A DNA stretch of 64,000 bases from Croceibacterium sp. Its GTDB lineage: Bacteria; Pseudomonadota; Alphaproteobacteria; Sphingomonadales; Sphingomonadaceae. Of the stretch, positions 8,425 to 20,226 are shown piece by piece. A model generated the notes under the pieces. That model saw only the letters and a list, made by a program, of their open reading frames with translations. It ran no database searches and was not told the origin of the DNA. Location: NCBI GenBank assembly GCA_039920345.1, contig JBDSDZ010000036.1:6827-70826 (forward strand), given 5' to 3'. Position 1 is the first letter of the stretch. Each line of letters begins with the position of its first letter. The translations under genes and the position numbers were made by a program.

Positions 8425-9738
8425 ATGGCGCCTGGCGCAATCGATCCGCGCACTGCGATGCGCAACCGGCCGATGGTGCTGCAGCAGTACGGCGTAATCG
8501 GGCTGTGCGTACTGATCAACATGATCGATGGTTACGATATCCTCGCGCTGGCGCAGGCGGCGTCTGCTCTGCGGCGCGAATGGGGGCTGAGCGGCACCGA
8601 GCTGGGCACGCTGCTGTCGATGAACCTGGTTGGCATGGCGCTGGGCGCGCTCGGCGTGTCGCCGGTTGCGGACCAGTACGGGCGGCGGCCCGCCATCCTC
8701 ACCTGCCTCGGGTTCATGAGCGTGGGCATGGCGCTGTGCGCGGCTTCGACCGGGTTTTTCGGCATGGCCGGTGGCCGCATCGTGACCGGCATCGGGATCG
8801 GCGGGATGACCGCCACCGCCGGGATGCTGGCGCTCGAATATGCCAGCCAGTGGCGGCGCGAATTTGCCGCCAGCGCGGTCGCTTCCGCTTATCCGGTGGG
8901 CACGATCATCGGCGCTTATGTCGCGGTGGCGGTGCTGGATAGTTATGGCTGGCGCGGGATTTTCTGGTTCGGTTCGGGGCTGTCGGCGCTGCTGCTGCCA
9001 GTTGCCTTCCTGTGGCTGCCCGAATCGCTCGATTTCCTGCTGATCCGCCAGCCTAAGAATGCGCTCAATGCGACCAACCGGATTCTCAAACGGGTTTCCG
9101 TGGCGCCAATCGCCGAACTGCCGCCCAAGCCCGAGGGCACCGGGCCATCGGTGGTGCAGGAAATCCGCCAGCCGTTCCATGTCCGCGAATTGCTCAAGCT
9201 GTTCCTTGCCCACGCGCTCAACATGTTCGCCTGGTATTACATCATCAACTGGGGCGTGCCGCTGGTGGCCGAAGCGACCGGGTCCGATTCCACCGGGGCG
9301 CTCTATTCATCGTGGGTCAGCTATGGCGGCATCGTGGGCGGGCTGAGCGCAGGGTTCCTGTGCGGCAAGATCGGCGTGAAGCGGATGATGTGGTTTACGA
9401 TGCTGAGCCTGGCGGTGCTGATCACGCTGTTCGGGCATTTCGTCGGCAACACCGGCGCGCTGCTGGTGATCGCGCCGCTGATGGGCGCGGCGCTGTTCGG
9501 ATCGGCTACCGCCAATTGGCTGACGATTGCCTATGCCTTCCCGCCGCAACTGCGCGCCACCGGGCTGGGGCTTGGCACGACAGCGGGCCGCGTCGGCTCG
9601 ATCTTCGGGCCGATTGTCGGCGGGCGGCTGCTCGATACCGACCTGACGGTGGGCATGGTGTGCATGATCATGGCGGTGCCGGCAGTGCTGTCGGCGCTGA
9701 CGTTCAGCCGGGCGCGGCGGATGGAGCCCGGCCGCTAG
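8425..9738 (+). CDS. MFS transporter, aromatic acid:H+ symporter-like
   Basis: DGYD in TM1, ADQYGRRP, LPES, P.QLRATG.G; about 12 hydrophobic segments. Confidence 0.9.
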   Translation: MAPGAIDPRTAMRNRPMVLQQYGVIGLCVLINMIDGYDILALAQAASALRREWGLSGTELGTLLSMNLVGMALGALGVSPVADQYGRRPAILTCLGFMSVGMALCAASTGFFGMAGGRIVTGIGIGGMTATAGMLALEYASQWRREFAASAVASAYPVGTIIGAYVAVAVLDSYGWRGIFWFGSGLSALLLPVAFLWLPESLDFLLIRQPKNALNATNRILKRVSVAPIAELPPKPEGTGPSVVQEIRQPFHVRELLKLFLAHALNMFAWYYIINWGVPLVAEATGSDSTGALYSSWVSYGGIVGGLSAGFLCGKIGVKRMMWFTMLSLAVLITLFGHFVGNTGALLVIAPLMGAALFGSATANWLTIAYAFPPQLRATGLGLGTTAGRVGSIFGPIVGGRLLDTDLTVGMVCMIMAVPAVLSALTFSRARRMEPGR

Positions 9739-10527
9739 CTAGCCGCGCAGGAAACTGCGCAGAACCTCGACCGCCTCGGGGAATTCATCGAGCAGCAGGT
9801 GCGAGCCGCCGGGGATGATTTCCAGCTCGGCGTGCGGCAGCACATCCTGCCAGTCTCGTGCGTAGCCCAGAGGTACGATCCGGTCGTGCTCGCCCCACAG
9901 CAGCAGGGTCGGGTGGTCGAACCGCTTGAGTCCCTCGCGCAGCGCGCGGTCCGTCACCGACAGGTCTTCGCGCGAGGCAAAGGCGGCGGCACTTTCCCGG
10001 GCCCGCAGCGCGGTCCATTCGGCGCTCGGCTCGCTCGGCCAGAACGGCGCGACCCACGCCGGGTCGGCCACGAACATCGCTGGAATGTCCTGCGGAGCGA
10101 CCTTGGAGAAATCGGGCATCGCGGCATGCTCCGACACGAGGCCCGCGGGCGAGACCAGCACCAGCTTGTCGATGTCGTCCGGGTTTGCGGCGGCATAGCG
10201 CGCGGCCATGTGCCCGCCCATCGACGCGCCGCTGAGGTGGAAGGTATCGAGCCCGAGCGCCGGGAACAGCAGCTCGTAATGCGCCACGTAGTCGCCGATC
10301 CCCGTCAGCGGCGCATCGGCGCTTTCGCCAAAGTTGGGATGATGCGGGCAATAGATGCGAAATTGGCCGGCCAGCGGACGAACCCATTCGAAGCCGTGGA
10401 AGGTCCCCCCGCCGTGGAAGTAGACCAGCGGTTCCCCCTCTCCGATGGCGTAAGTGACCGTCTCGACCCCTTCGATGCGGTGGACGGCCCGCTCGAATCC
10501 CGCGGTGCTGTAGGCCCACTCGCTCAT
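9739..10527 (-). CDS. Alpha/beta fold hydrolase
   Basis: HGGG, GxSxG (GASMGG), LWGEHD, C-terminal His (GSHL). Confidence 0.92.
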   Translation of the reverse strand: MSEWAYSTAGFERAVHRIEGVETVTYAIGEGEPLVYFHGGGTFHGFEWVRPLAGQFRIYCPHHPNFGESADAPLTGIGDYVAHYELLFPALGLDTFHLSGASMGGHMAARYAAANPDDIDKLVLVSPAGLVSEHAAMPDFSKVAPQDIPAMFVADPAWVAPFWPSEPSAEWTALRARESAAAFASREDLSVTDRALREGLKRFDHPTLLLWGEHDRIVPLGYARDWQDVLPHAELEIIPGGSHLLLDEFPEAVEVLRSFLRG

Positions 10528-11729
10528 ACCGGTTGTCCCACTGGCATTGCCGCGCCCTTGATCAGTTCGGCGAGCGAGGAGGCGCGCACGTCGGCCCCGC
10601 CGCGTTCCGCCTCGGCGAACATCGCCGCCTTGTCCTGCGCCCGGCGGACCGGGTCGGCTTCGGACAGCAGGCGTTTGAAGTTGGTCGACATCGGCGAGGT
10701 CACCTCGGTGAACACACGCCGCCGTTCAGTCGAATAGAAGTCCAGCACCGAGGCATCGACCCGGCCCGCGATCACCGCGCCGAGGCAGTCGGACAGCGTA
10801 TCGGCATCGATCACCCCGCCGGTCAGCCCCAGCCCGCCGCACGGGTTGCACGCGTGCGCGGCATCGCCCGCCAGCAGCACGCGGTCGACCCGGAACCGGG
10901 GCGCGCAGCGCTGGTGGACGCGGTAAGGCGAGAAGTTGTCGATCCGGTAGGGGATCGCGGGATCGGGCAGGATCGCGGCGAAGCGTTCGGGCAGGCGCTC
11001 GAGGATCGATTGCTCGTCCAGGCTGGCATCTTCGCCATACGTCAGCCGCCACAGGTTCTCGCGCCCGAGCCGGCCGATAACCGCCCAGTTGGCTGGATCG
11101 ACCACCATGTTGGCGTTGCAGTAGCCGTGTTCGAGGAACGGATAATCGATGTTGGTGGCGACAAACCGGTCGGGCCAAGTGAAGCCTTCGAACGCGAGGC
11201 CGAGCAATTGCCGCGTGGTCGAACGCGCACCGTCGGTGCCGATCACCCAGTCGGCGTGGAAACGCACTTCGCCATCGGGCGTATCGGCGGCGAGGTGAAC
11301 CCCGTCCGCGTCCTGCGCCAGCGCCTTCACCTCATGGTCCCACAGCACTTGGGAGTTGGGCAGCCGGGCGAGGTGCGCCATCACCAGTTCGGCCAGGATA
11401 TGCTGCCCGAAATGGAGGTTGTGGTCGTATTCCTGCCCCGGCACGAGCGCGTCGCGCATGTCCGACGACATCACTTCGCCAGTTTCGGGCCAGTGCATCC
11501 GGAACTCGGTCGAGGACAGGCCGATTTCGTGCGCCTCGTCCGCCAGCCCGAGCTTGTGCAGGATCGAGATCGTGGTGTGGAAATAGACCGCAGCGCGCGG
11601 GCTTTTCACCACCGCCGGCTCGGCGTCGAGCACGGTCACCTCGACCCCCTGCCGCGCGAGGCCGAGCGCAGTCAGCAGGCCCACCGGGCCCGCACCGACG
11701 ATCACGACTTGCCGCCGCACGTCGCTCAC
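10524..11729 (-). CDS. FAD-dependent monooxygenase (paralog of 5908-7092)
   Basis: GTG start VSDVRRQVVIVGAGPVG, GTDGARS, RVLLAGDAAHACNPCGGLG. Confidence 0.92.
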   Translation of the reverse strand: MSDVRRQVVIVGAGPVGLLTALGLARQGVEVTVLDAEPAVVKSPRAAVYFHTTISILHKLGLADEAHEIGLSSTEFRMHWPETGEVMSSDMRDALVPGQEYDHNLHFGQHILAELVMAHLARLPNSQVLWDHEVKALAQDADGVHLAADTPDGEVRFHADWVIGTDGARSTTRQLLGLAFEGFTWPDRFVATNIDYPFLEHGYCNANMVVDPANWAVIGRLGRENLWRLTYGEDASLDEQSILERLPERFAAILPDPAIPYRIDNFSPYRVHQRCAPRFRVDRVLLAGDAAHACNPCGGLGLTGGVIDADTLSDCLGAVIAGRVDASVLDFYSTERRRVFTEVTSPMSTNFKRLLSEADPVRRAQDKAAMFAEAERGGADVRASSLAELIKGAAMPVGQPV

Positions 11730-12997
11730 GCGGTTACTCCCACCGGCGTTCGACGGGCGAGCACGCGCGGGTTGGTTTCCTTGATGAACAGCGCGGCGGT
11801 GCCGCCCAGCAGCGCCAGCCCGCCCTGGATATAGAGCGCGACCTGCAGCCCGTAGATATCCGCCATCCGCCCGGCGATCGGCGGGCCGAACACGCCGCCG
11901 GTCAATTCGCCGATCATCACCACCAGCCCCATCGCGGTTGCTGCCTGCAGGCGGCCGACGGTCTCGGTCGGGATCACCCCCATGAACAGCGGGAAGGTGC
12001 CCAGCCCCATCCAGCTGATGAACATCAGCGCGGTCAGCGCCGCTACCGGCCCCTGGAACCAGAGCAGCGCGGCCGGCGCGAGGACCATCAGGTAGGCGAA
12101 CACCACCAGCGGCGGCTTGCGCCCGATCCGGTCGGACAACATCGTGATCACGATCGCACCGACCGCCGGGCAGATGCCGACCACGGCCATCACGTTGCTC
12201 CACGTCAGCGCATCGTAACCGCGCGGCCCGGCAAGGTAGAGCGGCATGAAGATCGAGCCGACCACAATTGACCCGACCGCCCCCACGCTGACCAGCGCGC
12301 ACAGCAGGATATTGCGATTGGCCAGCAGGTCGAGCGGGATCAGCGCGGTCTTGGGCACCGATCCTGCGACCCTGGGCGGAGCGTCCGGCTCCTCGATATA
12401 GCGCCAGATCAGGAAGGCGAGGATCAGCCCGGGTATTCCGGCAATGAAGAACGCCGCGTTCCAGTCATAGGCGGCCGCGATCCGGACCAGCGCATAGGAC
12501 GCGAGCGAGGTGCCGACGATCGGCCCGAACACGTTCTGCACGATGCCGGCGTTGAGCGCCTGCCGGCTCGGCCCCGAAGCCGCCGCCATGATCGCCAGGC
12601 AGATCGGCAGGAACGGCCCTTCGGCTGCGCCCATGATGATGCGCGCGCCCAGCAGCGTGCCAAAACTCCACGCAAACCCCGACAGCACCGAGCAGACCGA
12701 AAACAGCAGCAAGGCGCCAATCAGGAACGGCTTGCGGCGCCCGATCGCGTCCGACCAGCGCCCGATCAGGAACGCGCCCAGCGCCCAGGTGGCCGACAGC
12801 CCGGAGTTGGCCCAGCCGATCTGTTCGTTGTTGAGCTTCAGGTCGGCTTGAACGAACGGCGCCAGGAACGTCAGCGCCATGCGGTCAAAATAGGCAAATC
12901 CGAACGCCAGCCCCAGCAGCACGACCACGCGAAGTTCATAGGCGCCGGGTGGTTTTACCGTTTCGGCCGGCGCCGAAGCTCCTGAAGGCATTACCAT
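11726..12997 (-). CDS. MFS transporter
   Basis: AYFDR, SDAIGRRKP, GAAEG, LSDRIGRK; start at 12997 or 12991. Confidence 0.9.
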   Translation of the reverse strand: MVMPSGASAPAETVKPPGAYELRVVVLLGLAFGFAYFDRMALTFLAPFVQADLKLNNEQIGWANSGLSATWALGAFLIGRWSDAIGRRKPFLIGALLLFSVCSVLSGFAWSFGTLLGARIIMGAAEGPFLPICLAIMAAASGPSRQALNAGIVQNVFGPIVGTSLASYALVRIAAAYDWNAAFFIAGIPGLILAFLIWRYIEEPDAPPRVAGSVPKTALIPLDLLANRNILLCALVSVGAVGSIVVGSIFMPLYLAGPRGYDALTWSNVMAVVGICPAVGAIVITMLSDRIGRKPPLVVFAYLMVLAPAALLWFQGPVAALTALMFISWMGLGTFPLFMGVIPTETVGRLQAATAMGLVVMIGELTGGVFGPPIAGRMADIYGLQVALYIQGGLALLGGTAALFIKETNPRVLARRTPVGVTA

Positions 12998-13343
12998 CCC
13001 CGCCCATTTTCTAGCGTGTCTGCAGTAGGATCGCCCGTGCGCGGCGTCCACCGAAAGCTTGCCTGCCATGTCGCCGCTGCGCAATATTAGAATTAATTAG
13101 CGCGCGAAGTGTGTTGCTCGATTGCGACAGTTGGACATCTTCAGCATGTCCGTTGCGTTTGTCGCTATTTGTCGCGCCGTTAACTTGGGCTATTGCGCAG
13201 GGCGAGAGACGAACGGCTGAGACCGGGCAGAACAGTCCGCACGGCCGTTTGACGATCAAAACCGACCTGGCCACCTAGCCGGGCGGGAATTCGGGATGAT
13301 CGCGGGACCTTGGGAAAAGGGCCTCGCTACGGGAGGATACCTG

Positions 13344-15968
13344 ATGAGATTCAAGACGCTCGGCGTCGTGTCAACGCTGGCAATCGTTGCCGGCATGGCC
13401 ACCCCCGCCTTTGCCCAGGCCGCCAATCCGGCCCCAGCGGCGACCGCTTCGGCCACTGCCCAGCAGGACGAGCAGGACGATAACCGCAACAACGTGATTA
13501 CGGTCACGGCCGAATTCCGCTCGGCGAACCTGCAGGACACCCCGATCGCGATTACCGCGGTGACGAGCGAAATGCTCGAAGCGCGCGGGCAGACCAGTAT
13601 CGCCCAGGTCGCGGCCCAGGCTCCAAATGTCTCGCTCACCCCGCAGCCGCAGAACGGCGGCGCCGGCCTCATCGCCTACATCCGCGGTGTCGGCCAGACC
13701 GACTTCAACTACGCGCTTGACCCAGGCGTCGGCATCTATGTCGACGACGTGTACATTCCTACGCTGTCGAGCTCGCTGCTCGAGCTGATGGATCTCGACC
13801 GGATTGAAATCCTGCGCGGCCCGCAAGGCACGCTGGCCGGCAAAAACGCCATCGGCGGCGCGATCAAGCTGTTCAGCCAGAAGCCGCGCGGCGATAACTC
13901 GGGCTCGCTCGAAGCCAGTTACGGCTCGTTCAATAGCGTCCAAGTGCGCGGCATGGCGGACTTCCGCATCACCGACGATCTGGCGGTGCGTTTCTCGGGC
14001 ATCGGCAAGGGCCGCGACGGCTATCTCGACCTGCTCGACTATGGCGCGGCTCACCCGACCGGCAATGTTCGGGCCAACAACGCTCGCGGTGGCTATCCCG
14101 TCGTCGGCACGCAGGGCGGACAACAGACTGTCGCGGGCCGTATCGCCCTGCGGTGGGAGCCGATCAGCACGGTCGAAGTCAACATCTCGGCCGATTACAC
14201 CCGCGAACGCCATGAGCCGCAGCCGACGGTGCTGATAGCCGCTGGCAAGCCGCAGAGCGCCACCAACCCGGTGTTCACGCCCAACACCGTGGCCGGCGGT
14301 GCCAATGCCGGCCTGTCGCGCGGCGCCGGCCCCGGCCAGCCGCCGTTCCTGGTGGGCAAAGACGGAACCGCAATCCCGATGGATTGCCGCTTCGTCCCGT
14401 CAGGGCCCTACAGCTGCGACCCGCTCAGTTCGAGCGTATACGACGGTGACCCGCGTTTCATCAGCTATGCCGACTTCCTCGACGGCACGGCGCCGACCAC
14501 ACAGGCACCGTTCAAGCCTTATGCGGCGCTGCAGAACCAGGACTTCAATGGCTGGGGCATCATGGGCAACGTCAAAGTTGACCTGTCTGATGACCTGCAG
14601 CTTTACTGGATTGGCGGCTGGCGCGAATACACCACCAAGTTCGGCCAGGACCAGGATGCTTCGCCGGTGCCGCTGGCACAGCTCGACAACCGCCTCGATC
14701 ACCGCGCGTGGAGCCAGGAAGTGCGCCTCAACGGCGGTTTCGGCGATGGCCTGCTCGAATATACGCTGGGCGGTTTCTACATCGACCAGCAAGGCAGCTA
14801 CACCGCGCGCGTTGACCTCAACTATGCCGGCATCGACTTCATCCACGGGCCGGACACGACACCGTCCACGTCCAAGGCGCTGTTCTTCAACGCCACCCTG
14901 CACCCGACCGATGCGTGGTCGATTTCAGGCGGCCTGCGTCAGTCGTGGGACAAAAAGACCTACACCTATTTCCGGCGCAATCCCGATGGGACGATACCGG
15001 GTCCGTGCCAGTTCTTCACCATCCCGCAGCCCAATGGCATCGCCGGCCCAACCGGAATCGGCAACAGCCCGAACTGCCTGCTGGTCGGCATTTTCAACCT
15101 CGACGGCGAGTTCAAGGGCAAACGCTTGGATTACCGCCTGGTGACCGACTACCGCTTCTCGGATTCGCTGCTGGCCTATGCCTCGATCGCGACCGGGTTC
15201 AAGGGCGGCGGCGTGAACCCGCGGCCATTCTTCGGTCCCTCGACTGGCGAGTGCGGTCCGTTCACCTACAACGCGGATGGCAGCGTCATCCCGGCGCCGC
15301 CGTGTAACCAAATCAAGCCGTTCAATCCGGAGACGATCACCACCTACGAAGTGGGTTTCAAGAGCGACTTCCTCGATCGGCGCCTGCGCATCAACGGCGC
15401 GGGCTTCTGGAACAAGTACAACGACATCACGTTCGCCCTCTCGGCCTGTCCGTCATCGCCGTGCCTGCGTCCGACCAACGTCGGCAAGGCCGACGTGAAG
15501 GGCGCCGAGCTCGAGATCACGGCCTTCCCGCTGGACGGCCTGATGCTCGATGGCTCGGTGAGCTATATTAATGTCGCTTACGATGTCGCTTCGGTCGCTG
15601 CGGCGGGCCTCAAGGGAACCGAAACGTTCCCCTACACGCCTGACTGGACCTACAGCTTCGGCATCCAGTACGATTACGACATCGGCCCGGGTTCGGTCGG
15701 GGTTCGCTTCGACGGTTCGTATCGCTCGGAAATCTTCACCGAAACGACGAACAGCAAGTGGAGCCGTATCGACAGCCGCTTCCTCGGCAACGCCCGGGTC
15801 AGCTACACCACGACTGACGAAGCCTGGCGCTTCTCGCTCGAAGTGCAGAACGTGTTCGACAAATACTACTACCAGAGCGTCAGCGACGTGACCCGCTCGC
15901 TCGGTGTCGTCACCGCCGTGCCGGCCCTGCCGCGCACCTGGTCGTTGTCGGTCAAGCGCAACTTCTGA
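13344..15968 (+). CDS. TonB-dependent receptor
   Basis: Signal peptide, ITVTA TonB box, RIEILRGPQGTL.G.NA.GG plug motif, C-terminal Phe; GGAGG RBS. Confidence 0.95.
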   Translation: MRFKTLGVVSTLAIVAGMATPAFAQAANPAPAATASATAQQDEQDDNRNNVITVTAEFRSANLQDTPIAITAVTSEMLEARGQTSIAQVAAQAPNVSLTPQPQNGGAGLIAYIRGVGQTDFNYALDPGVGIYVDDVYIPTLSSSLLELMDLDRIEILRGPQGTLAGKNAIGGAIKLFSQKPRGDNSGSLEASYGSFNSVQVRGMADFRITDDLAVRFSGIGKGRDGYLDLLDYGAAHPTGNVRANNARGGYPVVGTQGGQQTVAGRIALRWEPISTVEVNISADYTRERHEPQPTVLIAAGKPQSATNPVFTPNTVAGGANAGLSRGAGPGQPPFLVGKDGTAIPMDCRFVPSGPYSCDPLSSSVYDGDPRFISYADFLDGTAPTTQAPFKPYAALQNQDFNGWGIMGNVKVDLSDDLQLYWIGGWREYTTKFGQDQDASPVPLAQLDNRLDHRAWSQEVRLNGGFGDGLLEYTLGGFYIDQQGSYTARVDLNYAGIDFIHGPDTTPSTSKALFFNATLHPTDAWSISGGLRQSWDKKTYTYFRRNPDGTIPGPCQFFTIPQPNGIAGPTGIGNSPNCLLVGIFNLDGEFKGKRLDYRLVTDYRFSDSLLAYASIATGFKGGGVNPRPFFGPSTGECGPFTYNADGSVIPAPPCNQIKPFNPETITTYEVGFKSDFLDRRLRINGAGFWNKYNDITFALSACPSSPCLRPTNVGKADVKGAELEITAFPLDGLMLDGSVSYINVAYDVASVAAAGLKGTETFPYTPDWTYSFGIQYDYDIGPGSVGVRFDGSYRSEIFTETTNSKWSRIDSRFLGNARVSYTTTDEAWRFSLEVQNVFDKYYYQSVSDVTRSLGVVTAVPALPRTWSLSVKRNF

Positions 15969-15986
15969 CCCTGGTCAGAGCGTAAC

Positions 15987-16024
15987 AAGAAGGGCGCGGA
16001 TCCTGCGGGATCCGCGCCCTTCTT
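15987..16024. terminator. Bidirectional intrinsic terminator
   Basis: AAGAAGGGCGCGGATCC-loop-GGATCCGCGCCCTTCTT perfect hairpin between converging TBDR and ihfB. Confidence 0.85.
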
Positions 16025-16075
16025 CGTTGGCGCACAGGGGTAAGCGGCCCGAGCAGCCGCGCTGTCCGTGGGTCG

Positions 16076-16357
16076 CTAATCGGCGTTCAGGCGCTCGCGC
16101 ATTTCCTTGCCGGGCTTGAAATAGGGCACCGATTTCTCGGGCACCTTGACCGGCTCGCCGGTGCGCGGATTGCGCCCTGTACGGGCATCGCGCTGGCGGG
16201 TCGAGAACGTCCCGAAGCCGCGCAATTCGATCCGGCCGCCTTCGGCGAGGCGCGCGGAAATCTCGTCGAAGAAGATGTCGACGACTTGCTCGACTTCTTC
16301 AGGGCGCAGTTCCGGGTTTTCGCTGGTCAGCGCCTGGAGGAGTTCGGATCTAATCAT
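16076..16357 (-). CDS. ihfB: Integration host factor subunit beta
   Basis: MIRSEL...[11 protein letters not shown]...GRNPRTGE...[14 protein letters not shown]. Confidence 0.95.
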   Translation of the reverse strand: MIRSELLQALTSENPELRPEEVEQVVDIFFDEISARLAEGGRIELRGFGTFSTRQRDARTGRNPRTGEPVKVPEKSVPYFKPGKEMRERLNAD

Positions 16358-16525
16358 TGACGTCCTTCACGCCGCCCCGTCATGCAAGGCGGCTCAACTT
16401 GCCGTAGCTGTTTTCAACTCGCGACGGCTGCTTGCGACCCTAGCCTAATTTGACAGAGTGACAGGCTGTGCGCAATCCGGTCCGACAAAAAGTTGATAAT
16501 GGTTAAGGGTAACCAGCCAAATACC

Positions 16526-16864
16526 TCAGGCGTCGTCGAAAATCTCGCTCGCGTGGATGCCAAGACGGGCCATCCGCAGGCGAATTTCAGGCCATTCTTC
16601 CGTCAGGAACTGTGTCCGTTCCGACGAGCGGAGCTGGGCAGCCGCGCCTTCGCGCACGAACATGCCGACTCCGCGCTGGACGCGGATCAACCCGTCGGTC
16701 TGGAACTGCTGGTAGGCTTTTGCCACCGTCAGCGGGTTGGCGCCGTGCGCAGCGGCAAAGGCCCGGACCGAGGGCAGCATGTCACCTTCGGCATAACGCC
16801 CGTCAATAATTGCCGCTGCGATCTGGTCGCGCAGGCGCAGATAGACGGGGCGATTGTCGGCCAT
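16526..16864 (-). CDS. GntR (YtrA-like) transcriptional regulator
   Basis: PVYLRL, LPSVR, NPLTVAKAY, RGVGMFV; short 112 aa. Confidence 0.92.
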   Translation of the reverse strand: MADNRPVYLRLRDQIAAAIIDGRYAEGDMLPSVRAFAAAHGANPLTVAKAYQQFQTDGLIRVQRGVGMFVREGAAAQLRSSERTQFLTEEWPEIRLRMARLGIHASEIFDDA

Positions 16865-17030
16865 GGGTGATGCAGTGCCATAATACAGCGTGGCAGGTCA
16901 AGGCTGGCCGTGCAGACTGCGGAAGGTTTCGATTGCAACAAAAGGCGCTTCACATGGGTGAAACATCCGTTAGGTTGCCGCCTTTCGCGCCACTTAGAAG
17001 CGCAACAAGCGCAGGATGGAGACCGGTCGC

Positions 17031-18842
17031 ATGAAGGAAATGGCACTGTGGAACGAAGGTGACTGGATCGCGGCAATCGCGGCAGTCTCGCTGTTCGCCA
17101 TCCTCGCCATCGGCGGCCTCATCGCGGTTCGCAAGAGCGAAGAAGTGGTCGGCCATCCGCGCGGTCTGTTCGTGCTGTTCTATGCCGAGATGTGGGAGCG
17201 TTTCTCCTACTACGGCATGCGCGCGCTGCTGGTCCTCTACCTGACCAAGCACTGGCTGTTCGAAGACGGCAAGGCCAACCTGATCTACGGCGCTTACGGC
17301 GCGCTGGTCTACATCACCCCCGTGCTTGGCGGGATTATCGCCGATCGCTGGCTCGGTCAGCGCAAGGCGGTGCTGTTCGGCGGCATCCTGCTCGCCATGG
17401 GCCACGGGCTGATGGCGGTCGAAGGCGGCGGCGGACAGAGCGACCCCATCATCAACGTATTCTGGCTCGCGCTTTCGTTCATCATCGTCGGCTCGGGTTT
17501 CCTCAAGGCCAACATCTCGGTCATCGTCGGCCAGCTCTACAAGATGTCCGACAACCGCCGCGATGCCGCCTACACGATCTTCTACATGGGCGTGAACGTG
17601 GGCGCCGCGCTCGGCACGATCCTGGTCGGCTACTTGGGCGAGACGATTGGCTGGGCGTACGGCTTCGGCCTCGCCGGCATCGGCATGGTGGTGGGCCTGA
17701 TCATCTTCGTCGTCGGCAAGTCCGCGTTGCGCGGCCGGGGCGAGGCACCTGCCCCGCTCACCGGCGGCCGCGAATGGCTGTTCTACGGCGTCGGCCTCGC
17801 CTCGGTGGCAGTGATCTGGGGCCTGATCCAGTACCAGCAAGTGATCCAGACGCTGCTAATCGTCTCCGGCGTCGCAATGCTCGCCTACACCTTGTTCGTG
17901 GCAGTGTTTTTGATGCCGTACGGAAGCACAGCAAACGCCCCGAAAAACAACGTCGTAACATTGGCTGTCGGACTGGCCGTACTTCTCGCGAGCATGCTCG
18001 GATACTCAGCCGAATACGTAGGATCGACAATTGCTTTTGCCGCGATGGGTGTAAGCGCTTTGGCCATTCTATACGTTTGCTGGTCCGAAAAGCGGGCGAC
18101 CCCTCACCAGCCACGAGACCGCATGTTCGCCATGCTGTTCCTGATTGCGCTCAACCCGGTGTTCTGGGGCCTGTTCGAACAGGCCGGCGGATCGCTGAAC
18201 CTCTACACCGACAAGTTCGTCGACAAGGGCGGGGTGCCGACCAGCCTGTTCCAGTCGATCAACCCGATCTACATCGTCATCCTCGCACCGATCTTTGCCG
18301 CGCTGTGGCAATGGCTCGGCCGCAAGGGGCTGGAACCATCCGCCCCGGCCAAGTTCGGCATCGCGCTGACCCAGGTCGGGCTCGGTTTCCTGCTGTTCGT
18401 GTGGGGCGCGCAGACGGTCGGGCCAGAAGTCATGACCCCGGTTATCTTCGTGTTCCTGATCTACCTGCTGCACACCACCGGCGAACTGTGCCTGTCGCCC
18501 GTTGGCCTTTCAGCGATGGCGCGGCTGTCGCCCGTCTCGCTCGCCAGCTTCGTGATGGGCGCGTGGTTCTACATGACCGCGGTGGGCAATTTCGTGGCCG
18601 GCAAGATCGGTGAAGCGACCGGCGGCGAAGGCGGCGAAATGAGCAAGGAGCTGACCCTGGCGATCTATTCCAAGATCGGCTGGATCACCATCGGCATCAG
18701 CGTGGTGGTGCTGGCGCTGAGCCCGATCGTGAAGAAGTGGATGCACCTCGACACCCTGACCGACCGCGACGACACCGACGTGGCCGGGCATGGCGAACTG
18801 GGCGAGCCGCAGGCCGCGGGCGTGCATCCGGCGACTACCTGA
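17031..18842 (+). CDS. Proton-dependent oligopeptide transporter (POT/PTR2)
   Basis: EMWERFSYYGMR (ExxER), FYMGVNVG, GELCLSPVG. Confidence 0.95.
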   Translation: MKEMALWNEGDWIAAIAAVSLFAILAIGGLIAVRKSEEVVGHPRGLFVLFYAEMWERFSYYGMRALLVLYLTKHWLFEDGKANLIYGAYGALVYITPVLGGIIADRWLGQRKAVLFGGILLAMGHGLMAVEGGGGQSDPIINVFWLALSFIIVGSGFLKANISVIVGQLYKMSDNRRDAAYTIFYMGVNVGAALGTILVGYLGETIGWAYGFGLAGIGMVVGLIIFVVGKSALRGRGEAPAPLTGGREWLFYGVGLASVAVIWGLIQYQQVIQTLLIVSGVAMLAYTLFVAVFLMPYGSTANAPKNNVVTLAVGLAVLLASMLGYSAEYVGSTIAFAAMGVSALAILYVCWSEKRATPHQPRDRMFAMLFLIALNPVFWGLFEQAGGSLNLYTDKFVDKGGVPTSLFQSINPIYIVILAPIFAALWQWLGRKGLEPSAPAKFGIALTQVGLGFLLFVWGAQTVGPEVMTPVIFVFLIYLLHTTGELCLSPVGLSAMARLSPVSLASFVMGAWFYMTAVGNFVAGKIGEATGGEGGEMSKELTLAIYSKIGWITIGISVVVLALSPIVKKWMHLDTLTDRDDTDVAGHGELGEPQAAGVHPATT

Positions 18843-18858
18843 CCGGGGGACCAAGGGC

Positions 18859-20222
<1,364 letters not shown>

Positions 20223-20226
<4 letters not shown>

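Noticed and set aside
16865-16890. Possible YtrA-type operator upstream of the GntR gene (TAATACA half-site)
   Set aside because: Only one convincing half-site; too weak to call.
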